Below the pieces are notes generated by a model. It had not been told where the DNA came from, ran no database searches, and worked only from the letters and a program-made list of their open reading frames with translations. Source: a phage. From it: a stretch of DNA of 46,856 bases. The stretch lies in the sequence record PZ379178.1. One strand, given 5' to 3'. The translations under genes were made by a program, and so were the position numbers. Shown here one piece after another: positions 8,037-16,074 of the stretch; within the stretch, counting starts at the first letter, position 1; every line of letters starts with the position of its first letter.

Positions 8037-8367
8037 CAAACAATTCGTCATCACTCATGTTGGCTATGTTCATCATCTCACTGACGTAATCACTGGACCT
8101 ACCTTCAAGGCTCATGAATTCAAACTGAAATGGTCGCTTAATTGAACCCTTACACCAGTACACTCCATTAACTCCATCAAGATACCCAGCCGTAAGCATT
8201 CTCGCCATAAACTCCTTCGAGCAACTTGAGGCAAAATACCTTTCATCAACCCCGGCAGCCTTGGCCATCCTTGCGCAATCCTTGTGCTTATAGATGAATC
8301 TTGCCAGGTGCTGGCGGTTGAAGTTCTTGTATCCTTCGCAGAAATTATACAGGTCGAGCAGGTACAT
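8032..8367 (-). CDS. Hypothetical protein
   Basis: 111-aa ORF, last gene of minus-strand block, converges on bidirectional terminator at 8000-8036. Confidence 0.45.
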   Translation of the reverse strand: MYLLDLYNFCEGYKNFNRQHLARFIYKHKDCARMAKAAGVDERYFASSCSKEFMARMLTAGYLDGVNGVYWCKGSIKRPFQFEFMSLEGRSSDYVSEMMNIANMSDDELFA

Positions 8368-8370
8368 AAA

Positions 8371-9954
8371 TTACCCCAGCAATCGTGGATTAATGTAAAT
8401 TTTATCACCAATCAGGCATGTGTAGTTTTTCTCATCAAGCATAGGAATCAAGTGGTCCTTAATGCGAGTCATAATTCCAGCCTGAGCTTCAAAAGGTTTA
8501 ACCTTGCGTGCAGCCTCATACAACGAGCGAACACCAACAACACCTTTACCATTCTTGCCTTGCTTAATCAGGATATCAACCAGCTTGTTCATCTCGGCAT
8601 TGTCACCAGCATGACCAGCAGCACTAGCGGATGATAAATAAGTCTTGCTTAGTTCGTTGAAAATCATAACCGCTTCCTGCATTGTATCCAGTTCAATCTC
8701 TCTTGACTTTTGAGGGCTGGATCCGGCTGGTGAGAACCAGTTACGAATTACGTGCAGAACAGAAGCGATGCGGATTGCTTGCTTATCAAACTTACCAAGA
8801 GCACCGCGCAACATTGTGTGAGAATACTTGCCACCATCACCAAGATGAGGCTCCATCTCTTGACGAGCGCGGTTAAGGTAACGCATTGATGACGCGCTTA
8901 CAGTAAGTTTCGCTTCAACTTCATTCATAATCTCATGAACAAGACGGAAATAGTCTGCTTTCAGGCCGCCATCAATAGCCTCATAGGTTGAATCACCATT
9001 CTCATCAACAAATACGCGCTCACCAAGAAATGACTTCTCACGCACCAGAAGGAAGCGCTCAGATACACCGATACCACGCGCACCGGCATTCATAATGGCG
9101 TTAATTGTTTCATCCTGCGCAATTACAGAGATACAACCCATAGCCACGAAACTCATGTTGTTTTCTGCATTCGCGCGCGCAATAGATACATTACCCGCAT
9201 CCCACGCCTTAAGCACAAGTTCGCTGTTCGTTTTCTTCGAGCCATCACCGTAAGTCATGCCTAACAGTGAGTTGACGCTAGTAGCCTCATCAGAGATTAC
9301 CGCAAAATTACCCTGGCGATTGTTGATTCGCGCAAGACCTTCCGGTGTAGTATCGGAGACAGGGAATACTATATCGCATAGCTTCTCGAGCTTCTCCTCT
9401 AAATCCTCCTTCTCCTCAAAAAGTGAAGCCATTTCAGAAGGTGATTTCTCCTGCTTCATCTCTTTAGCCAGAGCGGACAGTTTAGCCATAATCTTTTTTC
9501 GATCACGTTTACGTACTTCATTCAACCGCTCAGTCTCAGCAATCATCGGCGCAATTGATAGCGAGTTAATGGCTGATTTACCAGTTGAAGGCGGCTGACT
9601 TGTTACCACGTACAAAGATGTTGGCTGTTGGGTTCCATGATACTCGACAGTAAAACGCCCAAGCATTGCAGCAGAAACACAACCAAGAAAGTGCATGTAA
9701 GCTGACGACTCAGGGAACTGAACCGAGCGAGCGATATTAGCCGATAGCTTACCAACAACATCAATATCATTACCGAGTGAGATTACTGGATACTTATCAT
9801 TACCTGTATCAATCTCGACAGGTGCTTTCCAGAACGATTGAGACTGTCGATAGCCATTGGCATTAATAGCCACGCGAAGCGGTGGTAGGTTGTCATTGGC
9901 AGCGATTGCCATAACCTGCTCAACAGATAGTTTATCTTCGTTGAAATCAAACAT
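8371..9954 (-). CDS. P-loop NTPase-like protein of unknown function
   Basis: 527 aa; Walker A-like PPSTGKS and Walker B-like FAVISDEA; promoter box cassette immediately upstream (10011-10026, minus orientation). Confidence 0.5.
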   Translation of the reverse strand: MFDFNEDKLSVEQVMAIAANDNLPPLRVAINANGYRQSQSFWKAPVEIDTGNDKYPVISLGNDIDVVGKLSANIARSVQFPESSAYMHFLGCVSAAMLGRFTVEYHGTQQPTSLYVVTSQPPSTGKSAINSLSIAPMIAETERLNEVRKRDRKKIMAKLSALAKEMKQEKSPSEMASLFEEKEDLEEKLEKLCDIVFPVSDTTPEGLARINNRQGNFAVISDEATSVNSLLGMTYGDGSKKTNSELVLKAWDAGNVSIARANAENNMSFVAMGCISVIAQDETINAIMNAGARGIGVSERFLLVREKSFLGERVFVDENGDSTYEAIDGGLKADYFRLVHEIMNEVEAKLTVSASSMRYLNRARQEMEPHLGDGGKYSHTMLRGALGKFDKQAIRIASVLHVIRNWFSPAGSSPQKSREIELDTMQEAVMIFNELSKTYLSSASAAGHAGDNAEMNKLVDILIKQGKNGKGVVGVRSLYEAARKVKPFEAQAGIMTRIKDHLIPMLDEKNYTCLIGDKIYINPRLLG

Positions 9955-10029
9955 TACTTCTCTCCGTGTTGTTCTGAGCGGCCATTATATCAATAGCCGC
10001 TTATAATGCATTATCAATTAGTGCTATTT
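9955..10029 (-). promoter_or_regulatory. Box-hairpin-leader cassette (minus orientation)
   Basis: Reverse-complement box TAGCACTAATTGATAA (plus coords 10011-10026), hairpin GCGGCT.../...GGCCGC, TATAAT, leader ACGGAGAGAAG; precedes ATG 9954. Confidence 0.5.
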
Positions 10030-10184
10030 AGTAAGATGCAATCTATCTTGTAGTAGTCAAAGTGATTTTCTGAAGATGTTTCTTTGTTATATTTAAACTC
10101 CTGTGCTTTGAATTCTTCATCGAAAGCGGCAATCACTTCGCTTCCATCATAGTGTGTGCAACCACTTACAATGTATAATTTCAT
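10014..10184 (-). CDS. Hypothetical small protein (56 aa)
   Basis: ATG overlaps upstream stop (ATGA); ORF ends NSTN* inside promoter box; below ORF-track cutoff. Confidence 0.3.
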   Translation of the reverse strand: MKLYIVSGCTHYDGSEVIAAFDEEFKAQEFKYNKETSSENHFDYYKIDCILLNSTN

Positions 10185-10570
10185 TTGTATTGAGCCTCAA
10201 AGTGGTAAGTTTCACACAACGTATAAAAGCCAACATCTTCGCTGCGATATAGCTGCCAGGCGTTGCCATCTTCATCGTAAATGTATCCAGCTGACTGACC
10301 AAGTCCGCTATGCATGTTGACCTGGTATCGCTTACCTTCTTTGAAGTCTTTCTTAACGCCAGACTTATGGTTAACCTTTGTGCAGTAAAGAGTTTTGGTT
10401 TTAATGTATTTTCCACGTTCTTCCAGGTTGATCCATTTGCCGTCTTTTTTGATTTGCTCAAATTCAACTTCCTCAGCGACACCGTTAACCCACTGGTGAA
10501 TCTTTTTAACGCGAGCTTTAAATAGCTTGTTGTCGTTGCTAATGAAATTTTTGGTTATCGTAGTAGTCAT
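10181..10570 (-). CDS. Hypothetical protein
   Basis: 129-aa ORF, Lys-rich. Confidence 0.5.
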   Translation of the reverse strand: MTTTITKNFISNDNKLFKARVKKIHQWVNGVAEEVEFEQIKKDGKWINLEERGKYIKTKTLYCTKVNHKSGVKKDFKEGKRYQVNMHSGLGQSAGYIYDEDGNAWQLYRSEDVGFYTLCETYHFEAQYK

Positions 10571-10731
10571 TATTTTAATCTCTTAGTTGTCCACATGAAT
10601 TTGTTTGGTACTGATTTGCGCACAATACGCACAACAATCTTATCAAACTTCTGAACTAAACCGTAAATCTTACCATCTAGCGACGCCCTGAGAACCGCCT
10701 CTTCCATCTCGTCATAAAAGTTGTCGAACAT
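10570..10731 (-). CDS. Hypothetical small protein (53 aa)
   Basis: ORF track extends through promoter box via TTG; ATG at 10731 lies after leader CATCGAAACGAAAGAGAG and is preferred. Confidence 0.4.
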   Translation of the reverse strand: MFDNFYDEMEEAVLRASLDGKIYGLVQKFDKIVVRIVRKSVPNKFMWTTKRLK

Positions 10732-10806
10732 GATCTCTTGCTCTCTTTCGTTTCGATGGAGTAAATATACGCCATCCGTGGCGGTGAGTTTTAGCAATTA
10801 GTGCTA
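10732..10806 (-). promoter_or_regulatory. Box-hairpin-leader cassette (minus orientation)
   Basis: Reverse-complement box TAGCACTAATTGCTAAA (10790-10806), hairpin CGCCACGGATGGCG, leader CATCGAAACGAAAGAGAG; precedes ATG 10731. Confidence 0.5.
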
Positions 10807-10955
10807 TTTTTTCTGGCCTTCTCAATTGCCTTCAACATAATCTCGTGAGACTCAAGCAGGTCCTCGTTAAACCAGTCCCCGCAAGGCCAACCCTTTCCGC
10901 TGTAAGCACTAATTATTTCCAGATCGAAATAGTTTATCTCAGATGGTAAAAGCAT
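10791..10955 (-). CDS. Hypothetical small protein (54 aa)
   Basis: Start overlaps upstream stop (TAATG); ends KNSTNC* inside promoter box 10790-10806. Confidence 0.3.
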   Translation of the reverse strand: MLLPSEINYFDLEIISAYSGKGWPCGDWFNEDLLESHEIMLKAIEKARKNSTNC

Positions 10956-11158
10956 TATTCAATCACCTTAAAAGTTGCGATGCCGTGGATGATTACGTAA
11001 TCAAGGCATTTAAGCGCCTGGAACGTGTCGTGATGCTTGTGTGGACGTTCGCCGGTAACAAGGCACACGTCATCTTTAAACTCGGTAGCGTTGTATTCAG
11101 AACCCTTATTGAAGGCATCGTTAAAGTCTTTAATTACGTTCGTGCAAATTAGCTTCAT
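10955..11158 (-). CDS. Hypothetical protein (67 aa)
   Basis: ATG 11158 with AAGGA SD; longer ORF-track start 11212 overlaps upstream gene. Confidence 0.45.
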   Translation of the reverse strand: MKLICTNVIKDFNDAFNKGSEYNATEFKDDVCLVTGERPHKHHDTFQALKCLDYVIIHGIATFKVIE

Positions 11159-11169
11159 TATCTCATTCC

Positions 11170-11355
11170 TTACCAGGGTAAACATTCGTCGCAGCCGAGG
11201 CCATCGCAGCACAGATATTCATCATCTGACTGGAATTGCTTAGCAAGGTCGATATCGATGCGTCCGCGTAAAACCATATCAGTATAGTCACTGTTCAATC
11301 CAATCAGCGCACATTCCTGCTTTAATTGCTCAAATGCTTCGTCTTTAAGTTTCAT
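11170..11355 (-). CDS. Hypothetical Cys-rich small protein
   Basis: 61 aa with CCDGLGCDEC cluster; first gene after promoter box 11411-11426 at edge of long intergenic region. Confidence 0.45.
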   Translation of the reverse strand: MKLKDEAFEQLKQECALIGLNSDYTDMVLRGRIDIDLAKQFQSDDEYLCCDGLGCDECLPW

Positions 11356-11426
11356 ATCTCTCTCCTCGTTGTTGATGGATTCATTATGGTATCGTCGCCA
11401 GTTTTTGTCATTAGCAAAAAGTGCTA
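11356..11426 (-). promoter_or_regulatory. Box-hairpin-leader cassette (minus orientation)
   Basis: Reverse-complement box TAGCACTTTTTGCTAA (11411-11426), CATAAT, leader CATCAACAACGAGGAGAGAG; precedes ATG 11355. Confidence 0.5.
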
Positions 11427-11440
11427 TTCGTTGGATTTAT

Positions 11441-11548
11441 CTATTGTTGCAGCTATTGCAATGATTATCATGATTATTGCACATATAGCAATATTGCATG
11501 GAATGCAATGATGTTTTTGATTGTTGCAGAATTTGCAATGATTGATGT
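11441..11548. repeat. Iteron-like TTGCA repeat array
   Basis: ATTGTTGCAG-N-TTGCAATGATT at 11443-11467 and 11519-11543, plus inverted repeats ATTGC...GCAAT (11476-11492) and TTGCAT-GGA-ATGCAA (11494-11508). Confidence 0.6.
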
Positions 11549-11705
11549 GGGGTGAATGAATGGTGGATGAACTACCATACAAGTTGATTTTGATTCTTGC
11601 TGAGCCAATTTGGATATACACGTTATCGAAGTTATGGTGTGTATATGAGGTGCGCTTCCGAAGAATCATACACGCCTACCACGCTAGATTACGCAATGGT
11701 TACAT

Positions 11706-11762
11706 AATAATATCTATATATATCAACCTTTTACTATATTATTATTATTATTATATATATGT
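11706..11762. repeat. AT-rich (TTA)n element, copy A
   Basis: TAATATCTATATATATCAACCTTTTACT-ATATTATTATTATTATTATATATAT; near-identical copy at 39501-39556. Confidence 0.8.
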
Positions 11763-12027
11763 ATGTATATGGTGTAGATTGGTCGTATGGATGGGTCGAT
11801 AGTTTTTCTATGAAAACTACTAATTTTATCTATATAGATACATATGCATATCCCCGGCGAATCCGCGTAAAATCTTACACAGGGTAATTACACCAGCTAT
11901 AGCTGGGCTGAGAGGTCAAAAAGCGTAACCAATGCAGATATAAACACAACATAACACTTGATAACGCGTATATTCATGATACCATGGTTTCATCTTAACG
12001 AAGAGCAACCAATCAGGAGTAACGAAT

Positions 12028-12549
12028 ATGTCAGAACATAAAGAAGCAGTAAGTTTGGGTGAAATCATTCGATACATGGCGAGTCAGGCGCTCAAGTCAG
12101 AAGACAAAGTGTGCACAGTCCCTGTGACCATGATTGCTCGTCAATACTTCGGCATGAGTCGTGAGACGTTCGTATCGCTAAGTGGTGAGGAGGTTCTACC
12201 TGGTGGTGAATACCACATGCCAAAACTAAAAGCGTCATACGTTTCAAACACCGTAAGCCGAATGCCTGAGATTAAGGCGGCTGACGTGCGCTCAAGGTTC
12301 TCACTTAGTTTTACCGACTTTGAGGGCGAGAGTGAGACATACTGCGCATCACTTAGCCTGGTTCCTGGCGCTGTAAAATCCGGCTCAAGAAGCAAAGCAG
12401 AGCAAGAGAAGGAGGCGGCTACCATTGAAAGGTTCAAGGCTCGATTGTTGAAACTATCACCAAGCGTCGCTGGTCTTGAAGGTGATGAACTTAAGGGTGC
12501 AGTATCAATGATTAACGCATACCAAGAAATGATTAAGGAGACTAAATAG
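12028..12549 (+). CDS. Hypothetical protein
   Basis: 173-aa ORF, first plus-strand gene after divergent intergenic region A; AGGAG SD. Confidence 0.55.
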   Translation: MSEHKEAVSLGEIIRYMASQALKSEDKVCTVPVTMIARQYFGMSRETFVSLSGEEVLPGGEYHMPKLKASYVSNTVSRMPEIKAADVRSRFSLSFTDFEGESETYCASLSLVPGAVKSGSRSKAEQEKEAATIERFKARLLKLSPSVAGLEGDELKGAVSMINAYQEMIKETK

Positions 12550-12657
12550 TGGGTATGGTAGTCTACTACCATACCATCCGCGGTACAGTGAGGATGAGGA
12601 TGAGGTTGAGGTGGCTATGGATTTATATCGGAAAGCTAAATTACTACTGAATGGAAA

Positions 12658-12737
12658 TAGCACTTTTTGCCTAACGCAATAATGCCATGGATGGCATAAT
12701 TATCTCATCGAAACGAGAGGCACAAAGGAAAACGAAA
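12658..12737 (+). promoter_or_regulatory. Box-hairpin-leader cassette, variant box
   Basis: Box TAGCACTTTTTGCCTAA 12658-12674, hairpin GCCAT/ATGGC, CATAAT 12695-12700, leader CATCGAAACGAGAGG from 12706. Confidence 0.5.
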
Positions 12738-12926
12738 ATGGCTAAGCGCATCACTAAAGAACTTAAAGTCCTGAATAAAGAAAACGTAATCACCATCCTG
12801 ACAATGTTCGGATACAACGAAGAGTCAGCGATTGCAAAGGTTGAGGCTGGTTACGATGTTGCAGTACGTAGTATGCCGGAAGCAACCTCAAAAGGTATCG
12901 CCGACTTCCTGGCTACCTGCTACTGA
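12738..12926 (+). CDS. Hypothetical small protein
   Basis: ATG 80 nt downstream of promoter box 12658, after leader CATCGAAACGAGAGG. Confidence 0.45.
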   Translation: MAKRITKELKVLNKENVITILTMFGYNEESAIAKVEAGYDVAVRSMPEATSKGIADFLATCY

Positions 12927-12981
12927 GTTATCTTACAAGGCATCTCGCGGGGTGCCTCAATAAGACAACTGGAGAAACAGC

Positions 12982-13167
12982 ATGAAAACTAAAATGGTAC
13001 ATAAGAGCGAAGTTAAGATTGGCGATACTGTTATCCATCGTGGCTATCTTAGAACTGTAAATGCCAACACTTTTAGTAAGGATGAGTTTATGGGACTACT
13101 TCTTTGGGGCGACTCCTACCGGCTTGGGCAGGAGATGGTTGAAGTCATAATTGATGTTAAGTTTTGA
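12982..13167 (+). CDS. Hypothetical small protein
   Basis: 61-aa ORF; stop immediately precedes promoter box 13169. Confidence 0.45.
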   Translation: MKTKMVHKSEVKIGDTVIHRGYLRTVNANTFSKDEFMGLLLWGDSYRLGQEMVEVIIDVKF

Positions 13168-13168
13168 A

Positions 13169-13243
13169 TAGCACGAATTGCTAAACCTTCCGCAAGGCCA
13201 TTTGATATAGTGGCCTTATTGAAGCAAAGCAAAAGAGGATGTG
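13169..13243 (+). promoter_or_regulatory. Box-hairpin cassette
   Basis: Box TAGCACGAATTGCTAAA 13169-13185, hairpin AAGGCCA.../...TGGCCTT, TATAGT; leader diverged (AAGAGGA SD). Confidence 0.45.
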
Positions 13244-13474
13244 ATGGAAAGGAGCAAATATGAAAGAGAGATTATCGGGCTTAATGGCGAGCGTGCTATT
13301 GTTGATGTGTATCGCACGCTATCAGCGTTCAACGTTACAGACCCGGCGTGTCAGCATGCAATTAAAAAGCTTCTATGCATGGGTTTGCGAGGCCACAAGG
13401 ACGTAATTACTGACCTTGATGACGCAATAGACTCACTGAACAAGATGAAAACTTACCTGGAACAAACGAAATGA
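13244..13474 (+). CDS. Hypothetical small protein
   Basis: ATG 13244 (GTG 13241 possible) with AAGAGGA SD; 75 nt downstream of box. Confidence 0.45.
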   Translation: MERSKYEREIIGLNGERAIVDVYRTLSAFNVTDPACQHAIKKLLCMGLRGHKDVITDLDDAIDSLNKMKTYLEQTK

Positions 13475-13704
13475 TTACAATTAACCTGTCAGAGAAAAAT
13501 GCAGCAATCCTTAAATCGATCATAATGAAGCCGATGCACTCTACGCTAACATTTGAGCAGATGCGTGTCGTGAAAGAGACTGGAGCACAAATCAACAATC
13601 AGCAGTTCGACGTATCAGACTTCGAGTCATCGCGCCAGTATGAGGCATTAAGCATTCAGAACGCTGGCTACCTAACTAACTGGGATAAGGCGACTAAGAA
13701 ATGA
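13471..13704 (+). CDS. Hypothetical small protein
   Basis: 77-aa ORF overlapping upstream stop (ATGA). Confidence 0.45.
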   Translation: MITINLSEKNAAILKSIIMKPMHSTLTFEQMRVVKETGAQINNQQFDVSDFESSRQYEALSIQNAGYLTNWDKATKK

Positions 13705-13851
13705 TTTTATATATCCATGAGTACTGGACTGGGAAGTTTAACACCGTTCGACATGTTAGAGTTTATGAAGATTATGTGAGTGCTTTCAATCAACAGAAGG
13801 TACTTGGTGGCACTGTCAAGGTTTGCGATGTTATAGATGAGATTTACTAAA

Positions 13852-13925
13852 TAGCATGAATTGCTAAACAATTGCCGGAGAAATCCGGCATAATTACCAC
13901 ATCGACAACGAGATGGAGTATAGAT
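13852..13925 (+). promoter_or_regulatory. Box-hairpin-leader cassette
   Basis: Box TAGCATGAATTGCTAAA 13852-13868, hairpin GCCGGA/TCCGGC, CATAAT, leader CATCGACAACGAGATGG from 13900; near-duplicate of cassette 6561. Confidence 0.5.
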
Positions 13926-14138
13926 ATGAAAATTAAAATTATCGACGTGAACTACATACCAGAAGAAGGCGTTCTGACACTTGAAGAATGCGGGTTTAAG
14001 GTTGGTGACGTATTAGAAGTAACCGGTCGGTTCGGGTGTGGTAGCTTATCAGCTCGAGCGATTCGTGATACTGAGTTAGTATCAATAGGACAGATGGTTA
14101 GTTTTGAAGAAGGCGAGTACAAGGTGGTCGAAGAATGA
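13926..14138 (+). CDS. Hypothetical small protein
   Basis: ATG 13926, 74 nt downstream of box 13852. Confidence 0.45.
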   Translation: MKIKIIDVNYIPEEGVLTLEECGFKVGDVLEVTGRFGCGSLSARAIRDTELVSIGQMVSFEEGEYKVVEE

Positions 14139-14314
14139 AATTCCAGCAAAGTAACCCTAAGCTCCAGGCTAACAACTTCGATGGTTACACAACATTTATC
14201 ATCGCCCAGGCTTTCGGTTTGCATGATGAACCTAAGGTTCATACTATCCACTTAAATGAAGAGCAAGCTCGAGAACTGGCTTTCGAGATTCTTGATCAAT
14301 TGAATAAAATTTAA
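14135..14314 (+). CDS. Hypothetical small protein (59 aa)
   Basis: ATGA overlap with upstream stop; below ORF-track cutoff. Confidence 0.35.
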   Translation: MKFQQSNPKLQANNFDGYTTFIIAQAFGLHDEPKVHTIHLNEEQARELAFEILDQLNKI

Positions 14315-14324
14315 GGTTTATAAA

Positions 14325-14747
14325 ATGAAATTAAGCAAATCTCAAAGGGAAGAGTTGAAGGGCAAGTTCGGTGGTCGCTGCGCTTATTGTGGGTGTGAAC
14401 TACCTGAGAAAGGCTGGCATGCTGACCATGTTGAACCGGTGCTACGTAAATCTGAGGTATGCATGAAGGCAGCGGAGAAAGGAACTTTCAAGCTGAAGGC
14501 GACAGGTGAGTTTAATCGACCACAAGCTGATCGAATGGAAAACCTTTACCCTGCATGTGCTCCATGCAACCTCATGAAAACTTGCTATTCCCTTGAAATG
14601 TTCAGGGAACAGGTGTCTCTTCAAGTCGCTCGCGGGCGTAAGAGCAGCATGAATTTTCGCACGGCAGAGCGGTTCGGCCTCATCTCCATAGTGGAGGATC
14701 CAGTTGTTTTCTGGTTTGAGAAGTTTGAGCAAATTAACAAAATCTGA
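14325..14747 (+). CDS. HNH endonuclease
   Basis: CAYCGC ... HADHVEP ... CAPCN motif arrangement typical of HNH nucleases. Confidence 0.6.
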   Translation: MKLSKSQREELKGKFGGRCAYCGCELPEKGWHADHVEPVLRKSEVCMKAAEKGTFKLKATGEFNRPQADRMENLYPACAPCNLMKTCYSLEMFREQVSLQVARGRKSSMNFRTAERFGLISIVEDPVVFWFEKFEQINKI

Positions 14748-14910
14748 GGATAGAGAAATGAATACTGGGTTAATGATGGATGAAGTTCTGGTTTAAGCAT
14801 TGCCATGGTTACTCTGGTTATTGGGCTTCATGATTATTTACATGATTTCAGCAGCCGTAGATGACGCTAAAAGCGATTCTAACGAACTATAATTTAAGTG
14901 AGGTGATTGC

Positions 14911-15072
14911 ATGATTAAGATCGTATATATTGGTGAGGATGATTATATGGCGCGCTTAAAGCATGGCGACGTATTCTATGCAGAGCCTAGCGAAGATGGC
15001 AATGGGTACTTCATTAAAAACAAGCACGATGAGGAGCTTTACATAGCAAACCACGAGGCTCTTGTTTACTAA
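14911..15072 (+). CDS. Hypothetical small protein (53 aa)
   Basis: ATG with GTGAGGTGA SD; below ORF-track cutoff. Confidence 0.35.
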   Translation: MIKIVYIGEDDYMARLKHGDVFYAEPSEDGNGYFIKNKHDEELYIANHEALVY

Positions 15073-15212
15073 TGGATAACTACGAAACACCAAGCCAGTG
15101 GGCTAAACGGATGATGGATGAGGCTAAGACTGGCGAGGTTGCCATGATGTACTTCGAGCTGATGAATCTATGGAAGGAGCGTGAAGATAAAATAAACAGC
15201 ACGAATAGCTAA
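15072..15212 (+). CDS. Hypothetical small protein (46 aa)
   Basis: TAATG overlap with upstream gene; ends INSTNS* inside promoter box 15197. Confidence 0.3.
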   Translation: MDNYETPSQWAKRMMDEAKTGEVAMMYFELMNLWKEREDKINSTNS

Positions 15213-15268
15213 ACACCAAAGGCATGGATGCCATATAATTTATATATCAAACAGCGAGAGGTTAGAAA
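15197..15268 (+). promoter_or_regulatory. Box-hairpin-leader cassette
   Basis: Box CAGCACGAATAGCTAAA 15197-15213, hairpin GGCAT/ATGCC, TATAAT, leader TCAAACAGCGAGAGG. Confidence 0.5.
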
Positions 15269-15505
15269 ATGTTCGGGTTAGACGACGCATACTTTAACGC
15301 AGTTAAGCGACAGGCTGACAAGCTGAATGACGAATACGGCAAATTGGGCGCAAAAAAGAAAGATGATAAGGTTGTTGCGGCGCTTATCACTCAGATATGG
15401 GGGCCGGTATCCACGATAATCGCACGTGATAAGTTTGTGTGGATAGCGGGCTATCGTCGAGGGCGTGTGGGTCATGATGAGAATGGGAATAGCCTTTATG
15501 AGTGA
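15269..15505 (+). CDS. Hypothetical protein
   Basis: 78-aa ORF 72 nt downstream of box 15197. Confidence 0.45.
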   Translation: MFGLDDAYFNAVKRQADKLNDEYGKLGAKKKDDKVVAALITQIWGPVSTIIARDKFVWIAGYRRGRVGHDENGNSLYE

Positions 15506-15689
15506 TAACGACAATAATCACAAACATCATTACATTTACGTGTTCACATCAATCATTAACGATTTTGACATTAAGGCGATAAGCTCTGCATACCACGAGT
15601 CAACAAAACCAAGTGTATCAATAGGTGAAACATGTGCGTTCTACGAGTGCAAAGATTGTGGCAAGATGCTTATAACTGAGGAGTTTTGA
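15498..15689 (+). CDS. Hypothetical small protein with CxxC pair
   Basis: ATG 15498 overlapping upstream end; C-terminal CAFYECKDCGKM. Confidence 0.4.
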   Translation: MSDNDNNHKHHYIYVFTSIINDFDIKAISSAYHESTKPSVSIGETCAFYECKDCGKMLITEEF

Positions 15690-15886
15690 TGAATAAAATT
15701 ATTAAGAAAGGCGATGCTATCAAGTGCACAAAGGCGGCATCGGATGACTTCATGGATGGATGCGATTACCAGGTCGAAAAGGTATCGAAGACTGGCCACG
15801 TATTCTGCTACAGCGATAATGGCGAATTGGTGAGCATTGACTACCCGTATGACCAGAATTATGGGAAATTCGAAAGAGTAAGTTGA
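15686..15886 (+). CDS. Hypothetical small protein
   Basis: 66-aa ORF with ATGA overlap. Confidence 0.45.
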   Translation: MMNKIIKKGDAIKCTKAASDDFMDGCDYQVEKVSKTGHVFCYSDNGELVSIDYPYDQNYGKFERVS

Positions 15887-16074
15887 CACATCTAACCCTG
15901 ACTGGTACATTAACAACTGTAGACAGACGAGGCCACCAAGTGGCAACGGCGCACGGAGCGCAACACAAAGTCCATAGCTCACTAAGCAGCGTATATGGCG
16001 AAATCGGTCGAGAAACTCGACGCTGGAAGCGTAACCAGCAATCCTTCAATAGCGCAATCGCTACTCAAGGATTT

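Noticed and set aside
8284-9598. Plus-strand ORFs 8284..8634, 8682..8876, 9257..9598 inside the minus-strand P-loop gene
   Set aside because: Antisense overlaps of a long ORF carrying Walker motifs; no RBS.
11560-11802. 80-aa ORF (and overlapping 11424..11669, 11326..11511) inside intergenic region A
   Set aside because: Product is a translation of the AT-rich (TTA)n/(TAT)n repeat (YYYYYYIYV); no RBS; shares IISIYINLLL with ORF 39406..39600 only because both span the same repeat.
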